Notes under the pieces: generated by a model
Told to the model about the DNA's origin: nothing
Databases searched by the model: none
Seen by the model: only the letters and a program-made list of their open reading frames with translations
Assembly (NCBI GenBank): GCA_963815455.1
Contig: CAWFGO010000002.1
Coordinates: 448,001-512,000, forward strand
Direction: 5' to 3'
DNA length: 64,000 nt
Origin: an uncultured Verrucomicrobiae bacterium
GTDB taxonomy: Bacteria; Verrucomicrobiota; Verrucomicrobiia; Chthoniobacterales; UBA10450
Program-made: the position numbers and the translations under genes
Shown: positions 38,679 through 49,227 of the stretch, piece after piece
How the letters are laid out: every line of letters starts with the position of its first letter
Position numbering within the stretch: the stretch's first letter is position 1

Positions 38679-39803
38679 TCAGCCGATCTTCTTTCGAAAT
38701 AGCAACGCGCAGACTGAGAAAAGCACGATCGACATCACGATGAGGATCGCGAGATTCGGCCAGTATTCGATAAAATGCGCGCCACGCAGAATGATTGCGC
38801 GCATGAGCGAGATGAAATAGGTCGCGGGCAAGAGCGTGCTGAGGGCATAGAAAATCGACGGCATTGTTTCGCGCGGGAAGACGAAACCGGAGAAAAAAAC
38901 ACTCGGCAACATGAACGTCATCGACATCTGGAGCGCTTGCATCTGGTTCTCGGCTTTCGTCGCCACGAGCAAGCCCAGGCTGAGCAGCGCAAACACGTAA
39001 ACGAGAGTCGCGAACAGCATCGCGAACACGCTGCCGGCGATGGGCACACCAAAGAGAAAACGCATGATAAGGAAAAGAAGAATCGCCATGGCCATGCCGA
39101 TGCAGAGATACGGCACAAGCTTGCCGAGCATTAACGCCCAGCGGCTCAATGGACTCACCAGGAGTTGTTCCAGGGTCCCCTTCTCCCGCTCACGCACCAC
39201 CGCCATGGCGGTGGCGAAGGTCGTTCCGATTTGCAGCACAATGCCGATCACGCCCGGAATATAAAAGTTCGGGCTCTTCATTGCCGGGTTATAGAGCATT
39301 TGCGGCCGAATCTCGATCGGGACACTGCGTCGTCCGGTTTCTCGCAACAACGTTTCGATCGATTGGGTCAGCCCGACGGCCAGCGCAGTGTTGAGCGCCT
39401 GCAGCGCGGTCGTGGAATTAGAACCGTCCACCAGCAATTGCACCTGGGCCGGATTGCCCGCGCGCACGTCGCGAGTGAATGTCGGCGGAATTTCCAGGCC
39501 AACATAGGCGCGGCCTCTGCGGATTTCGCTGGCCAGCTCGTCAACGCTCTGCACTTCGCCGACCACGCGAAATGTTTCCGTGTTCACAAATCGATCGATG
39601 AACTGCCGGCTCTCGACTGTGCGATCCTGATTCAAGATCATCATCGACATGTGTTTTACGTCGGTGTCGAGCGCGTAACCGAATGCGACCATCTCCACCA
39701 ATGGTGGAAAGAACATGAAGAACAACGTCATCGGATCGCGCCAGACGATGATGAATTCCTTGAACAGAATCGCGCTAAGGCCGCGGAAAGGTTTACGTTT
39801 CAT
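38679..39803 (-). CDS. ABC-2 type exporter permease (YbhR/S-like)
   Basis: KEF...WRDP, REREKGTLEQLLVSP, GKLVPY and SGFVFPRETMP. Confidence 0.9.
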   Translation of the reverse strand: MKRKPFRGLSAILFKEFIIVWRDPMTLFFMFFPPLVEMVAFGYALDTDVKHMSMMILNQDRTVESRQFIDRFVNTETFRVVGEVQSVDELASEIRRGRAYVGLEIPPTFTRDVRAGNPAQVQLLVDGSNSTTALQALNTALAVGLTQSIETLLRETGRRSVPIEIRPQMLYNPAMKSPNFYIPGVIGIVLQIGTTFATAMAVVREREKGTLEQLLVSPLSRWALMLGKLVPYLCIGMAMAILLFLIMRFLFGVPIAGSVFAMLFATLVYVFALLSLGLLVATKAENQMQALQMSMTFMLPSVFFSGFVFPRETMPSIFYALSTLLPATYFISLMRAIILRGAHFIEYWPNLAILIVMSIVLFSVCALLFRKKIG

Positions 39804-39816
39804 TTTTACTTTGCTC

Positions 39817-39947
39817 TGTCATCCCGAGCGCAGCGAGGGACCTCACATTCGCACTTAACGGGATCACACATTCCTGATTCATGATCGCTTCGTTGCTCCC
39901 GGGCGTTGTCTGTACTCCCGGGGTCCTTCGCTTCGCTCAGGATGACA
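39817..39947. repeat. GTCATCCYGAG-family REP/IR element, copy 1
   Basis: tgtcatcccgagcgcagcgagggacc...ggtccttcgcttcgctcaggatgaca. Confidence 0.85.
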
Positions 39948-39953
39948 AGCATG

Positions 39954-40913
39954 TCATGCCGCTTTCTTCTGCTGGCCAGCATGTTTCTCGCTCAACGTAA
40001 CGAAGACATCCTCGAGCGACGGCCCGATCTCGTGAATTTCGGCGCGGCCGATTCCGACATTGCGCAGTTTCCCGTCGATCTCAGCCTGCTGGACGCTCTC
40101 ATCGACAAGCAAGTGCATCGATTGGCCGAAAACCGTGGCGCTGCGAACGCCCTCCAGTTGACGCATCGCTTGCAATGCGGTCGTGACATGATCGCAGGTG
40201 ACATCGAGACGCCGCGTGCCGGCCGGGCTCACTTCGGGCATCCGCTTCAATTCATCCGGCTCGCCGCACACAATCAACTCCGACATGTAAATGTAGCCAA
40301 CGTGATCGCAGCGTTCCGCTTCATCCATGTAATGCGTCGTGACGAAAAGAGTCATGCCTTCGCCGGCGAACTCGAAGAGGAGATCCCACAGTTCACGACG
40401 CGCCACCGGATCGATGCCCGCCGTCGGTTCATCCAAAAAAAGAACAGTTGGCTTGTGCATGAGAGAACAGGCCATGGCCAAACGCTGCCGCCAACCGCCG
40501 GAAAGCATATCGGCCCGCCTGTCGAGGTAAGGCTCCAGGTGAGTCAGAGTGATCAGCTCGTCACGCCGCTGGGTCAAAGGACGGCCGTTCAAACCGTAAA
40601 GCTTGCCGGCAAAGAGCAAGTTTTCGTTCGTGGTCAATTCATCGTAGAGCGAAAATTTCTGCGACATGTAGCCGATCATTTCTTTGATCTCGTCGCCTTG
40701 CTTGATGATGTCGTGCCCGCCGATGCGCGCGCTTCCCTCGGTCGGCTCGAGAATTCCGCACAGCATCCGAATCACTGTCGATTTGCCGGAGCCGTTTGGA
40801 CCGAGAAAACCGAAGATCGAGCCTTTGCCCACGGAAAACGACACATGATCGACAGCGGTAAACGCGCCGAAGCGTTTGGTCAGGCCTTCGCACTCGATCA
40901 TTGGTTCGCTCAT
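39954..40913 (-). CDS. ABC transporter ATP-binding protein (YbhF-like)
   Basis: GPNGSGKST, LSGGW.QR, LFLDEPTAG and TTHYMDEAE. Confidence 0.93.
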   Translation of the reverse strand: MSEPMIECEGLTKRFGAFTAVDHVSFSVGKGSIFGFLGPNGSGKSTVIRMLCGILEPTEGSARIGGHDIIKQGDEIKEMIGYMSQKFSLYDELTTNENLLFAGKLYGLNGRPLTQRRDELITLTHLEPYLDRRADMLSGGWRQRLAMACSLMHKPTVLFLDEPTAGIDPVARRELWDLLFEFAGEGMTLFVTTHYMDEAERCDHVGYIYMSELIVCGEPDELKRMPEVSPAGTRRLDVTCDHVTTALQAMRQLEGVRSATVFGQSMHLLVDESVQQAEIDGKLRNVGIGRAEIHEIGPSLEDVFVTLSEKHAGQQKKAA

Positions 40914-40915
40914 CT

Positions 40916-41074
40916 TGTCATCCCGAGTTGCGCAGGCGCGTGTCGTCATCCCGAGCGAAGCGAGGGACCTCACAGTCGTCGTTCAAGGACAGAGCCACAC
41001 TGGAAGCCCGATCGCATGATTGTTCGCGAGCGTTGCATCTTCTCGCGGGGTTCTTCGCTTCGCTCAGGATGACA
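40916..41074. repeat. GTCATCCYGAG-family REP/IR element, copy 2 (duplicated left end)
   Basis: tgtcatcccgag...gtcatcccgagcgaagcgagggacc...ttcttcgcttcgctcaggatgaca. Confidence 0.85.
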
Positions 41075-41107
41075 CGCATGGAATATCGCTTCCTGTTTCG
41101 CGCAGAC

Positions 41108-42007
41108 TCATTTCACATTCGGAAAATAAACATCGGCCGACATGCCGGCCCGGAGGCGCTCTTCATCGCTGGGCAATCGAATCTTTACGCCAAAGACCTG
41201 GCGAATCCGGTCGGCGACAGTTTGGACATTGCGCGGGGTAAACTCGGCCTGGCGATTGATCTGTTCGACCACGCCGTCGAAATCCTTGTCTGGAAACGAA
41301 TCGACCCGCACCCGAACATGTTCCCCGACCTTGATCCGGCCCAGCCACGGCTCCGGAACAAACACGCGGACCCAGAGATGCGCCGGCAGGAGCAAAGTGG
41401 CCACTTCGCGATTAGCCGGCAACACGTCGCCAACCTTTACGCTCAAGACCTCGAGAATGGAATCGGCCGGCGCGGTGACCTCCATCTCAGCCATTTGGGC
41501 ATCGATATCGGCCAGTTGCGCCCGCGCCATCGTAATTCGCATCTTCGCTGCTTCGACGCTTTTCTCCTGGGCGTTCGCTGCGCTGCTGGCGCGCTCGGCG
41601 TCATTCGGGGAAACAACCTTGCGCTTAAGCAAGTCCTGCTGGCGCTTGGCGTCATCGCGCATGAATTCGAGCTGGGCCTGTTGGGCGGCCGCATCGTGAA
41701 TGGCAGTATCAATTTGGGCGGCGGCAAGGTCGCGCCGCGCCAGCAACTCTGTCGCTTCCAATTTCACGATCGGCTGACCGGCGCGCAGCTTGTCCCCTTC
41801 CCACGCGAAGATTTTCTCAACCCGCCCACCGGAGCGCGGCCCGACGTGCACTTCGTCCACTTCGATCGTTCCGGAAACGGCGTCGCTCCGGGACCCGCAA
41901 GCGGCGAGGAGGATCGACAACCCGATGAGAGCGGTGGCACAACATTGGATGTCGATCTTGTTTCGCACGAACAACGTTAAAGAACGGGATTTCGCTGTCT
42001 TTCGCAA
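41108..42007 (-). CDS. HlyD-family periplasmic adaptor (YbhG-like), probable lipoprotein
   Basis: LAAC lipobox, SGTIE, EFTPRNVQT..DR...VF.VK and LRAGMSADV. Confidence 0.88.
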   Translation of the reverse strand: MRKTAKSRSLTLFVRNKIDIQCCATALIGLSILLAACGSRSDAVSGTIEVDEVHVGPRSGGRVEKIFAWEGDKLRAGQPIVKLEATELLARRDLAAAQIDTAIHDAAAQQAQLEFMRDDAKRQQDLLKRKVVSPNDAERASSAANAQEKSVEAAKMRITMARAQLADIDAQMAEMEVTAPADSILEVLSVKVGDVLPANREVATLLLPAHLWVRVFVPEPWLGRIKVGEHVRVRVDSFPDKDFDGVVEQINRQAEFTPRNVQTVADRIRQVFGVKIRLPSDEERLRAGMSADVYFPNVK

Positions 42008-42031
42008 GCGATTGAACCTTTACTGCTCGGC

Positions 42032-42440
42032 ATGGCCGGGTATTCCGAAACTCCGCTCGCCCAGAAACTTGGGATCAAGCCTGGAACAACCGTGGTGGCG
42101 TATGAATGCGCCGGCCAACTACCGGAGATTACTGGGCAAGGCAGCCGACGATGTGAAGTTCTCGAATCGAAGCGCCGCGCAGTCGAATTTCATCCATTTG
42201 TTTGCCACGCGTCGAAAGGAACTGGAAAAGCAGTTGGAACGCCTCCGGCGCAAACTAGCCGACATTGGTATCCTCTGGGTCTCCTGGCCAAAAAAGGCTT
42301 CCGGCGTGACGACCGACGTTACCGAGGACGTGATCCGCGCGGTCGCCTTGCCCATCGGGTTGGTTGATATCAAAGTCTGCGCCGTCGATGAAACATGGTC
42401 GGGATTGAAATTGGTCGTTCGGCGAAGTAATCGAAAATAA
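42032..42440 (+). CDS. DUF3052-like protein (frameshift near 42100)
   Basis: MAGYSETPLAQKLGIK, then WVSWPKKASG..TDVTED.IR...L..GLVDIKVCAVDETWSGLK in another frame. Confidence 0.8.
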
Positions 42441-42502
42441 ATTCAGCCTGTTTTTTCAATCGATCCGCTTAGCATCGAAAGCGAGAAGCGCTCCGGCAGC
42501 AG

Positions 42503-43120
42503 TTACTGCCTCTTTCTCCGTTCTTGCTTGCGAACGAGCGACACCATCACTCCTTGAATCTTCAGCTCGCGCGCTGGAATCAGATTCGGATAGCGCGGAT
42601 TTTCCGCTTTGAGATAGGGCCGGCCGCGCTCGACCACGTAACGCTTCAGGGTTGTTTCACCGTCGATCAAGGCGGCGACGATGTCCCCGCTCTGCGCTTC
42701 TTTGCTATTCTCCAAAATCACGATATCGCCATCGACAATATGCGCGCCGATCATCGAGTCGCCCCGAACCCGTAGCGCAAATGTGCCGCGATTTTTTGAA
42801 ACGTTGGCCGAACGGGCATCGAGCGAGACGTGTCCTTCGATCGTTTGCTCGGTCAACGCCGACATTCCCGCGGGGATCTGCCCGTAAATCGGAACATCGG
42901 TGATCCTGACTTTCATGGCCGGCGTAATCAGCGCTCGCGCCTTGCCAGCATGTCGATCCAGAAAACCTTTGCGCTCGAGCGCAGCGAGGTACTGCATCAC
43001 GGACGTCTGGCTGGCGAATCGGAAATGACGTTGGATTTCGCGCGTGCTCGGTGTAAACCCTTTCTCACGCTGTTCGCGCTGGATGAAATCGAGAATGTTT
43101 TGCTGGCGCTCAGTGAGCAT
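42503..43120 (-). CDS. lexA: LexA repressor
   Basis: LTERQ..ILDFI, PSTREI, Ala-Gly cleavage site IPAG, catalytic GDSM and TLKR. Confidence 0.95.
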   Translation of the reverse strand: MLTERQQNILDFIQREQREKGFTPSTREIQRHFRFASQTSVMQYLAALERKGFLDRHAGKARALITPAMKVRITDVPIYGQIPAGMSALTEQTIEGHVSLDARSANVSKNRGTFALRVRGDSMIGAHIVDGDIVILENSKEAQSGDIVAALIDGETTLKRYVVERGRPYLKAENPRYPNLIPARELKIQGVMVSLVRKQERRKRQ

Positions 43121-43153
43121 GATGAACAATTGCGCGTCCATTGATATGGCGCA

Positions 43154-43167
43154 AGTTCAAATGAACA
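43154..43167. promoter_or_regulatory. LexA box upstream of lexA
   Basis: AGTTC-AAAT-GAACA, one mismatch to the Verrucomicrobia TGTTC-N4-GAACA motif. Confidence 0.75.
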
Positions 43168-43189
43168 GTTACGAATTAGTTTGGCGCCG

Positions 43190-43804
43190 ATGAAGCCTCT
43201 TTTCTTGTTTGCTCCCGGCGCGGGCGCTCCTTCATCGCATCCCTGGATGCAGCGATGGAAAAATCGGCTGGGCGAAATCGGAAATGTCGAGACGTTCGAT
43301 TATTCCTACATGCGCGACGGACGGAAACGGCCCGACCCGTTGCCGCAGCTCATCGCCGCGCATCGAGAGGCGTTGCGTCAAGCGCGCGAACGATTTCCGT
43401 CAGGATCGACAATATTGATTGGCAAAAGCATGGGCGGACGCATTGGTTGTCACGTCTCTCTGGAAGAAAACGTCGATGGAGTGATTTGTCTTGGCTATCC
43501 GCTCTGCGCGATGGGCGATCGGACCAAACTGCGCGACGAAGTCTTGCGCGCGATGGGAACGCCGATCCTCTTTGTGCAAGGGACGCGGGATTCGCTTTGT
43601 CCCTTAGATCTCCTTGAACAAGTTCGCCCTGAGATGAAGGCGACGAATGTCTTGCACGTTGTGGAAGGCGGAGATCACTCACTGCTTGTTCCGAAACGGC
43701 AATTGAAAGCAAACGGTGAAACACAGGACGATGTCGATCAACGAATCTCCGAAGCAATTCACCGGTTCCTGGCGGAATTGAAGCGCGAGCCGGTCGAGCG
43801 CTAG
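43190..43804 (+). CDS. Alpha/beta hydrolase (KANL3/Tex30-like)
   Basis: APGAGA, GKSMGGR, CLGYP, QGTRD and GGDHS. Confidence 0.85.
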   Translation: MKPLFLFAPGAGAPSSHPWMQRWKNRLGEIGNVETFDYSYMRDGRKRPDPLPQLIAAHREALRQARERFPSGSTILIGKSMGGRIGCHVSLEENVDGVICLGYPLCAMGDRTKLRDEVLRAMGTPILFVQGTRDSLCPLDLLEQVRPEMKATNVLHVVEGGDHSLLVPKRQLKANGETQDDVDQRISEAIHRFLAELKREPVER

Positions 43805-43810
43805 AAAACC

Positions 43811-44032
43811 TCAGCTCATTATCTGGTAGCGGTTCATCAACTCTTCCCGCGCTTCCATTGCCAGTTTCGGATTTAGGCGGCTGATCACTTTCTCGCGCCG
43901 TTCCGGGTCCATGGCGGCCAGTTCCCGCACGAGCTTGTCGCGCATTTGCCATTTCGAATAGCGACTCCAGCCGACGCCCGCGGCGAGAACCGCGGCGATC
44001 GCCCAAACCGTGATGTCAGTTCCAGTAACCAT
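43811..44032 (-). CDS. Small membrane-anchored hypothetical protein
   Basis: One TM followed by a charged helical domain. Confidence 0.55.
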   Translation of the reverse strand: MVTGTDITVWAIAAVLAAGVGWSRYSKWQMRDKLVRELAAMDPERREKVISRLNPKLAMEAREELMNRYQIMS

Positions 44033-44135
44033 CAGGCGAGGAGGAAATGAGGGTGCAACGTTCAACGGTCAACTGTTGACGAACAAGGTCAAACGAAAGC
44101 CGCTGGTGCTCCCCGCCTCTCGATCGAGATAACTT

Positions 44136-44630
44136 CTAAGACGCAATCGCCACCGCAGCCTCGCCGGCAGTGCAAATTTCGCGAGCGCGCCCTCGCGCTT
44201 CCTGCTCAAACCAGCCGACGGTAAACTTGGCGCAGTCACGACGATCGCTCAGATATGCCCGGATATACTCCTCGAGGCTGCCGCTTCGCTCACATTGAGC
44301 AACGTGAACGAATTGGTGGATGAGTAGCTCCCGGTCGTTCCAGGAATCGGCCCGCACGATAATTCCGTGCCCAATGGCGACGCCGCGGGAAGCGTCAGTG
44401 ATAATGTGGCTGTAGCGCGCTGCCCCGGCCAGTTCCTCATCTTCGGGCAATGGAATTCGATCGACCGCCAGGATTCGAATTTTCGAATAATCCCGGACCC
44501 CGGCCTGGAGCGCATCGACAATGTGTGTTGCCCCCAACGGCATCCCTGTCGCCAGAATAAATTGCTCCTGCGTATTCGCCCAGGCACAGGCTCGGGGCAA
44601 AAGAGATTCGAATGTTTGCTGATCGATCAC
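44136..44630 (-). CDS. Zincin-like hypothetical protein with HQxxH in place of HExxH
   Basis: GVAIGHGI...ELLIHQFVHVAQCER...FEQEA. Confidence 0.6.
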   Translation of the reverse strand: MIDQQTFESLLPRACAWANTQEQFILATGMPLGATHIVDALQAGVRDYSKIRILAVDRIPLPEDEELAGAARYSHIITDASRGVAIGHGIIVRADSWNDRELLIHQFVHVAQCERSGSLEEYIRAYLSDRRDCAKFTVGWFEQEARGRAREICTAGEAAVAIAS

Positions 44631-44715
44631 GGGGTGGCAGAAGCACCTTGGTGCTACCGGGAAAGAAGCAAGAGGCGTGCAAGATCGAAGTAAAAACAGA
44701 ACCGAAAAGCGGCGA

Positions 44716-45628
44716 TTAATCCGCGCCAGCAAATTGTTCGGGATGATACTTTTTCCAGTAACGTAGAGAAGCGGTAACGGCCATGTGGCTTGGATCGGCC
44801 GCCTCGTAACCTTGCGCTTCCTCCTCGGTCGCGCCGCCAGCGCGAAGTTGATCGTGTTCGTATCTGGCGAAGTCGGCCATCAATTGCTGTTCGTCTGCGC
44901 CGGCGCGAATTTTGTCGCGCAACCACTCGGCCCAGCGTGTTACCCGTTCGTCCAGCGCATCCAAATAGGCCGTGACTCCCTTATCAACCAACCCGAAGTG
45001 CGGCAGATAAATTCGAGCCGGATTCAACTTGCGGATTTTATCGATCGATTCGTGCCACGATTCAATATGCAATTCCGGAGGAACGAACGGTGGTATTGGC
45101 GGTCCGCCGCCAATACGAACACCGGCGATGTCGCCGCCGAAAAGATTATTTTCCCAATGATAGACATGATGGTGGCTGGCGTGGCCGGGAGTGGCAATGG
45201 CTCGCACTTCAAATGGAGGAACCCGCACGATTTCCATGTCTTGCACAATCCTGACCCGATCGGCCGGGACCGGCGCGATTCGACCCCAAAGCCTTTCCAT
45301 GTCGTCGCCAAAAATGCGCGTGGCGGACTCGATCAATTTCGCCGGATCGATCAGGTGCGGTGCGCCGCGCGGATGAACATAAACGTTTGCGCCCAGATTC
45401 CGCAAAACGCCACGCCGCGCCGGCGTGATCGAAATGAATGTGACTGAGAAAGACATGACGAACGTCTTTGGGATCAAAGCCAATCTTCCCAAGATCGACA
45501 ACGACATTATCGAATGTCGATTCCGGGCCGGTATCGAAAAGGGCAATGCCGTCATCGGTCTCAAGAGCCGTTGCGGCAACAATGCCGGAGCGACCAAGCT
45601 GGCGAGTATCGAGGATGTGAATTTTCAC
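44716..45628 (-). CDS. MBL-fold metallo-hydrolase (frameshift near 45400)
   Basis: DTGP, SHIHFDHAG, VHPRGAPHL.DP, TPGHASHH, GDIAG and PHFG. Confidence 0.88.
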
Positions 45629-46451
45629 GGCCGATTGGCCTTCGACGCAGCGACGATGTAGGCCGCCTTTGGGAATGGCAAAGCCATCATCCCTCGCGTA
45701 ATCACGGACCGCGGTTTCGATCGATGACTGAATTTTCCGCAATGCCTCCGGTGTTTGGCGGGCCAGCAAACCGGCGGTGCGAACTCCGGCATGGCGCTCG
45801 GCCTCGAAAGCGAAGCGCGCGGTCGGCACTTTCCATTCGATGGTGTGAAGCTTGAAAATCATCGACGCGCCGTCGAACCCGGCGCGCTCCAGCGCCTGGC
45901 GAAATTCGTCGCTGCCGGAATAAAGATGATGCGGCGGTCCTGTCGGAACATCGACATCGAAGTCGGCGTGCGCCTCGATCGCGTCGTCGATGATCTTTGC
46001 GTAAGGACTTTCGGCGGCCGGCGCCCAGATTGTGAACCCGAATTTTCCGCCAGGCTTCAGGACGCGGTTCGCTTCGGCGCAGGCGGTCTCCGGCTCGGCC
46101 AGATGAAGCAACGCAAAATTTGCCACGACCCGATCGAAAGTAGCGTCGGCAAATGGAAGACACTGGGCGTCGCCTTCGCGGAACTCGAAGTGCGGAAACA
46201 TTCTTTTTGCGATCGAGATCATTTCCCTGGAAAAATCCAGACCGACCGGAATGGCGCCGCGTTCCGCCGCCGCGGCCGACACATAACCCGGACCGCAGCC
46301 GACATCCAGGATCGACATCTCCCCGGAGACGTCTGCGGCGTCAAGCAGACGGGGGGATAAACTGCCGGGTCGAACTCGACCAGACCGAATCGTATTTGTT
46401 CGCGACGCGTTCCCAGCCTTCGTGTTCGAAGGCAGTGAAGGCATCGGCCAT
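45625..46451 (-). CDS. Class I SAM-dependent methyltransferase (frameshifted)
   Basis: LDVGCGPG, GLDFS, GDAQ.LPF.DATFD and RVLKPGG. Start MADAF..FEHEGW and the C-terminus are in other frames. Confidence 0.85.
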
Positions 46452-46470
46452 CAACGCGACGGAACTGGAA

Positions 46471-47064
46471 TTAAGCGGTTTGCGAAGTGCGCTTGCCCAT
46501 CGTGAGTGCGGCGACAATGCCTACGATAAGGAAAGCGACGACTTGGATGAACATGTAGGCAGCGGTATATCTTTTCGGGAAGCCGTACCAGTTCCAATAG
46601 GGAACATTCGTGGCAATGGCTGTGAGAATTCCAGCAAAGAAGACGAAGCTAACGCGCCCAAAAAAGCTGTCGATCCTCGTTTGAGCCAGAAGGAAGACGA
46701 CGAGAATGGCTTCGACAAGTTCCGTGGCGAACTCGACGCCCAGCAGCTTACCGAAGTTAAATTCCCGGCTTGGATGATAAAGCAATAATCCCGAGGGACC
46801 GGTGGCGGCTTTGTCCATCGCGCTCTTCATCGCTTCCTCTTTTTCCTGGCGCGTGGCATTTCGGCCAACGTGGTGTCCCGGAAACATGTAAAGACCGGCG
46901 GATTCGCCAATATTTGTTTTCATGGCGTCGAGCATTGCTGTTTCATTGTGAAACTGGTCAATGCCGACTTCGCCCAGCGGCAGCAAATCGTGCGCGACAA
47001 AGCTCCAGATGAACATGGCGATGCCTCCAAAAACACCGGCCAGAATGATGCGGGTTGTTGTCAT
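46471..47064 (-). CDS. Hypothetical membrane protein
   Basis: RIILAG..GGI.MF.W...H..LPLG, GLYMFP and YWNWYGFP; about 4 TMs. Confidence 0.7.
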   Translation of the reverse strand: MTTTRIILAGVFGGIAMFIWSFVAHDLLPLGEVGIDQFHNETAMLDAMKTNIGESAGLYMFPGHHVGRNATRQEKEEAMKSAMDKAATGPSGLLLYHPSREFNFGKLLGVEFATELVEAILVVFLLAQTRIDSFFGRVSFVFFAGILTAIATNVPYWNWYGFPKRYTAAYMFIQVVAFLIVGIVAALTMGKRTSQTA

Positions 47065-47173
47065 AGTTACCTCCGTTGAATGAGCGGGGATTATGAGCAG
47101 GAAAACAGGGCGGCGGGAAGCAGTAAATATGGCCCCGAAAAGGCCGGATCAAGCCCAACAAAAAGGCGTAATT

Positions 47174-47542
47174 CTACACGGCAAAGCTTTCGCCACAGGA
47201 GCAATGGGCCACCGCGTTCGGATTCGTGACTTTGAACCCGCCTTTTTGCAGGTCTTCGCTGTAATCGAGGACCGAGCCGCTCACGAAAAGCGCGCTTTTT
47301 GGATCGACAACCAATTTTACGTTGGAGGTTGGAACCATGATGTCGCGCTCCTTCGGCCCGTCCACCAGGTCCATGGTGTATTGCAATCCCGAGCAACCGC
47401 CGCCCACCACAGCCAGCCGAAGCGCCCCGTCCGGTTTGCCCTTTTCCTCAAGAAGCGACGCCAGTTTGCGCGCCGCATTCTCGGTGACTTGGATCAGGCG
47501 TTCGTTACCGACCTTGAAATTGATTGAAGATTCGATGCTCAT
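47174..47542 (-). CDS. iscA: A-type Fe-S cluster carrier (IscA/SufA/ErpA family)
   Basis: GGGCSGLQY and NPNA...CSCGESF. Confidence 0.9.
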   Translation of the reverse strand: MSIESSINFKVGNERLIQVTENAARKLASLLEEKGKPDGALRLAVVGGGCSGLQYTMDLVDGPKERDIMVPTSNVKLVVDPKSALFVSGSVLDYSEDLQKGGFKVTNPNAVAHCSCGESFAV

Positions 47543-47546
47543 GAAA

Positions 47547-48625
47547 TCAGATTGTGATATTGCGCGCCGCTGTCATCCCGAGCGCAGTCGAGGGATCCCG
47601 TGGAATGACCTTTTGATGATTCTGCGGGATTCTTCGACTCCGCTTCGCTCCGCTCAGAATGACAGCTTTCCTGAGCAATCTCCTCAATTTCGCAATCGTC
47701 GAGACATGCGAAAATTTTTCCCGCAATCGTTTCGCGTCGGGCATGAGACTTGCGAGTAGGCCATCAATCGCGCGCGCATCGATCGGATGGCGGGTTCCTC
47801 TTCGCCCCAGTCGCGAACGACCAACTCGCAGTGCCGCAAAATCAATTTCCATCGCTCGGCAAACACGGGCGCATCGGCAATTTCGCCGGTGGCCAGATAC
47901 TTTTTGGTCTGTTGGAAAATCCACGGCGCGGTCATGGCGGCGCGACCAATCATGGCGCCGGCAATTCCTGTCTGCCGGCGTTTTGCGACTACGGTTGCGC
48001 TGGAGAGGTCGCCGTTGCCGATGACCGGAATCGCAACCGACGCGGCAACTTCGCCAATCACATTCCAGTCGGCCTCGCCCGAATAACCCTGCGCGCGGGT
48101 TCGCCCATGCACCGTAATCGCTGCGATCCCGGCATCGGCGAGAATTTGCGCGACGTGCACCGCGTTAATCGAATCGGCATCCCACCCGATCCGAATTTTT
48201 GCGGTGACCGGCATCGGCGCGATCGCGCGCACCACTGCCGTCGCAACGCTTTGCAAAGTCGGGCAATCCTTCAGCAACGCCGAGCCGCCGTTTTTGGAAA
48301 CGACTTTATTGACCGGGCAACCAAAGTTTAGATCGACAAAATCGGGGCGGACCCAATCGACGACCTGCCGCGCTGCCTCTGCCATGTGTTCGGCATTCCC
48401 GCCAAAGAGCTGCACGCCGATTGGCCGCTCGATCTCATCGAACTCGAGATATTCCCGGGTGCGCTCGTTGCGCCGAAAAATTCCTTCGGCGGAGACGAAC
48501 TCGGTGGTCAGAACATCTGCGCCGTATTCTTTGCACAGCTGCCGGAAAATCTTGTCCGACACCCCGGCCATGGGCGCGAGAAAAAGCGGGAAGCCTTCCC
48601 GGAACCAGGGCAGGGCGGTGTTCAT
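47547..48625 (-). CDS. dusB: tRNA-dihydrouridine synthase B (C-terminal frameshift; 3' end runs into a REP element)
   Basis: LAPMAG, VQLFG, DLNFGCP..KV, KIRIGW, VHGRT, GNGD and MIGR. Confidence 0.88.
47571..47664. repeat. GTCATCCYGAG-family REP/IR element, copy 3
   Basis: tgtcatcccgagcgcagtcgagggatccc...ttcgactccgcttcgctccgctcagaatgaca. Confidence 0.85.
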
Positions 48626-48726
48626 AGGCGGGTATTCTCTCACAAGATCGACATCGGCGCACGGGCTGAGGCGATTCGGCAGGCGAGACGCCCGCCGGTC
48701 CCCACAGCCGGATGGCTGTGCTGCGA

Positions 48727-49227
48727 TTACGCCGCGGTGCGAAGCAATTGCGCGACTTCGTTTTGCACGCTCTCCAGTTCGTCGAGACGTAACCCGGGGT
48801 CGGACACGATGAACACGTCGCCGGTCGCGCCGTGTTCGTAGATCAGCACGCGTCCTTTTTCCGCATTTTCGGTTTTGATTTGTTTTACCACGCGTTTGCG
48901 TTCGAGCATCGCCGCCAGAACATAACAGGCGTTGGCCGGCGGATTCTCCGACGCAACTAATCGACGGAAAAGCTCCTCCGCATTTTCCTTGGCCAACGGC
49001 TCGGCCGGTTGAGGCAAAGGTTCGTAGCGCGTTTTCCAAAACGAAAACGGTTGAATATTTTCATTCCGATTTTGCCAGGCTTCTTCGCTCAGATCTTCGC
49101 GGCGATAACCATCGGCATCATGATAGAGCAGCGTGTAGAAATATTCGCCGGGCGCGAAAGGCCGTTGCGTCACCGCGCACGTGTCGGCGCGATGTTTGAT
49201 GGCCCATTCGTTGGGAAGCGGATTCAT
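48727..49227 (-). CDS. Conserved hypothetical protein
   Basis: W.IK.R...C..T..PF..GE, R.D.SEEAW, FSFWKT and LA.MLERKR; start overlaps the lptG stop. Confidence 0.75.
   Translation of the reverse strand: MNPLPNEWAIKHRADTCAVTQRPFAPGEYFYTLLYHDADGYRREDLSEEAWQNRNENIQPFSFWKTRYEPLPQPAEPLAKENAEELFRRLVASENPPANACYVLAAMLERKRVVKQIKTENAEKGRVLIYEHGATGDVFIVSDPGLRLDELESVQNEVAQLLRTAA

Noticed and set aside
45209..46444. 411-aa methyltransferase-MBL fusion ORF
   Set aside because: Created by a frameshift near 45665; the two genes have their own overlapping stop and start (GTGA at 45625-45628).
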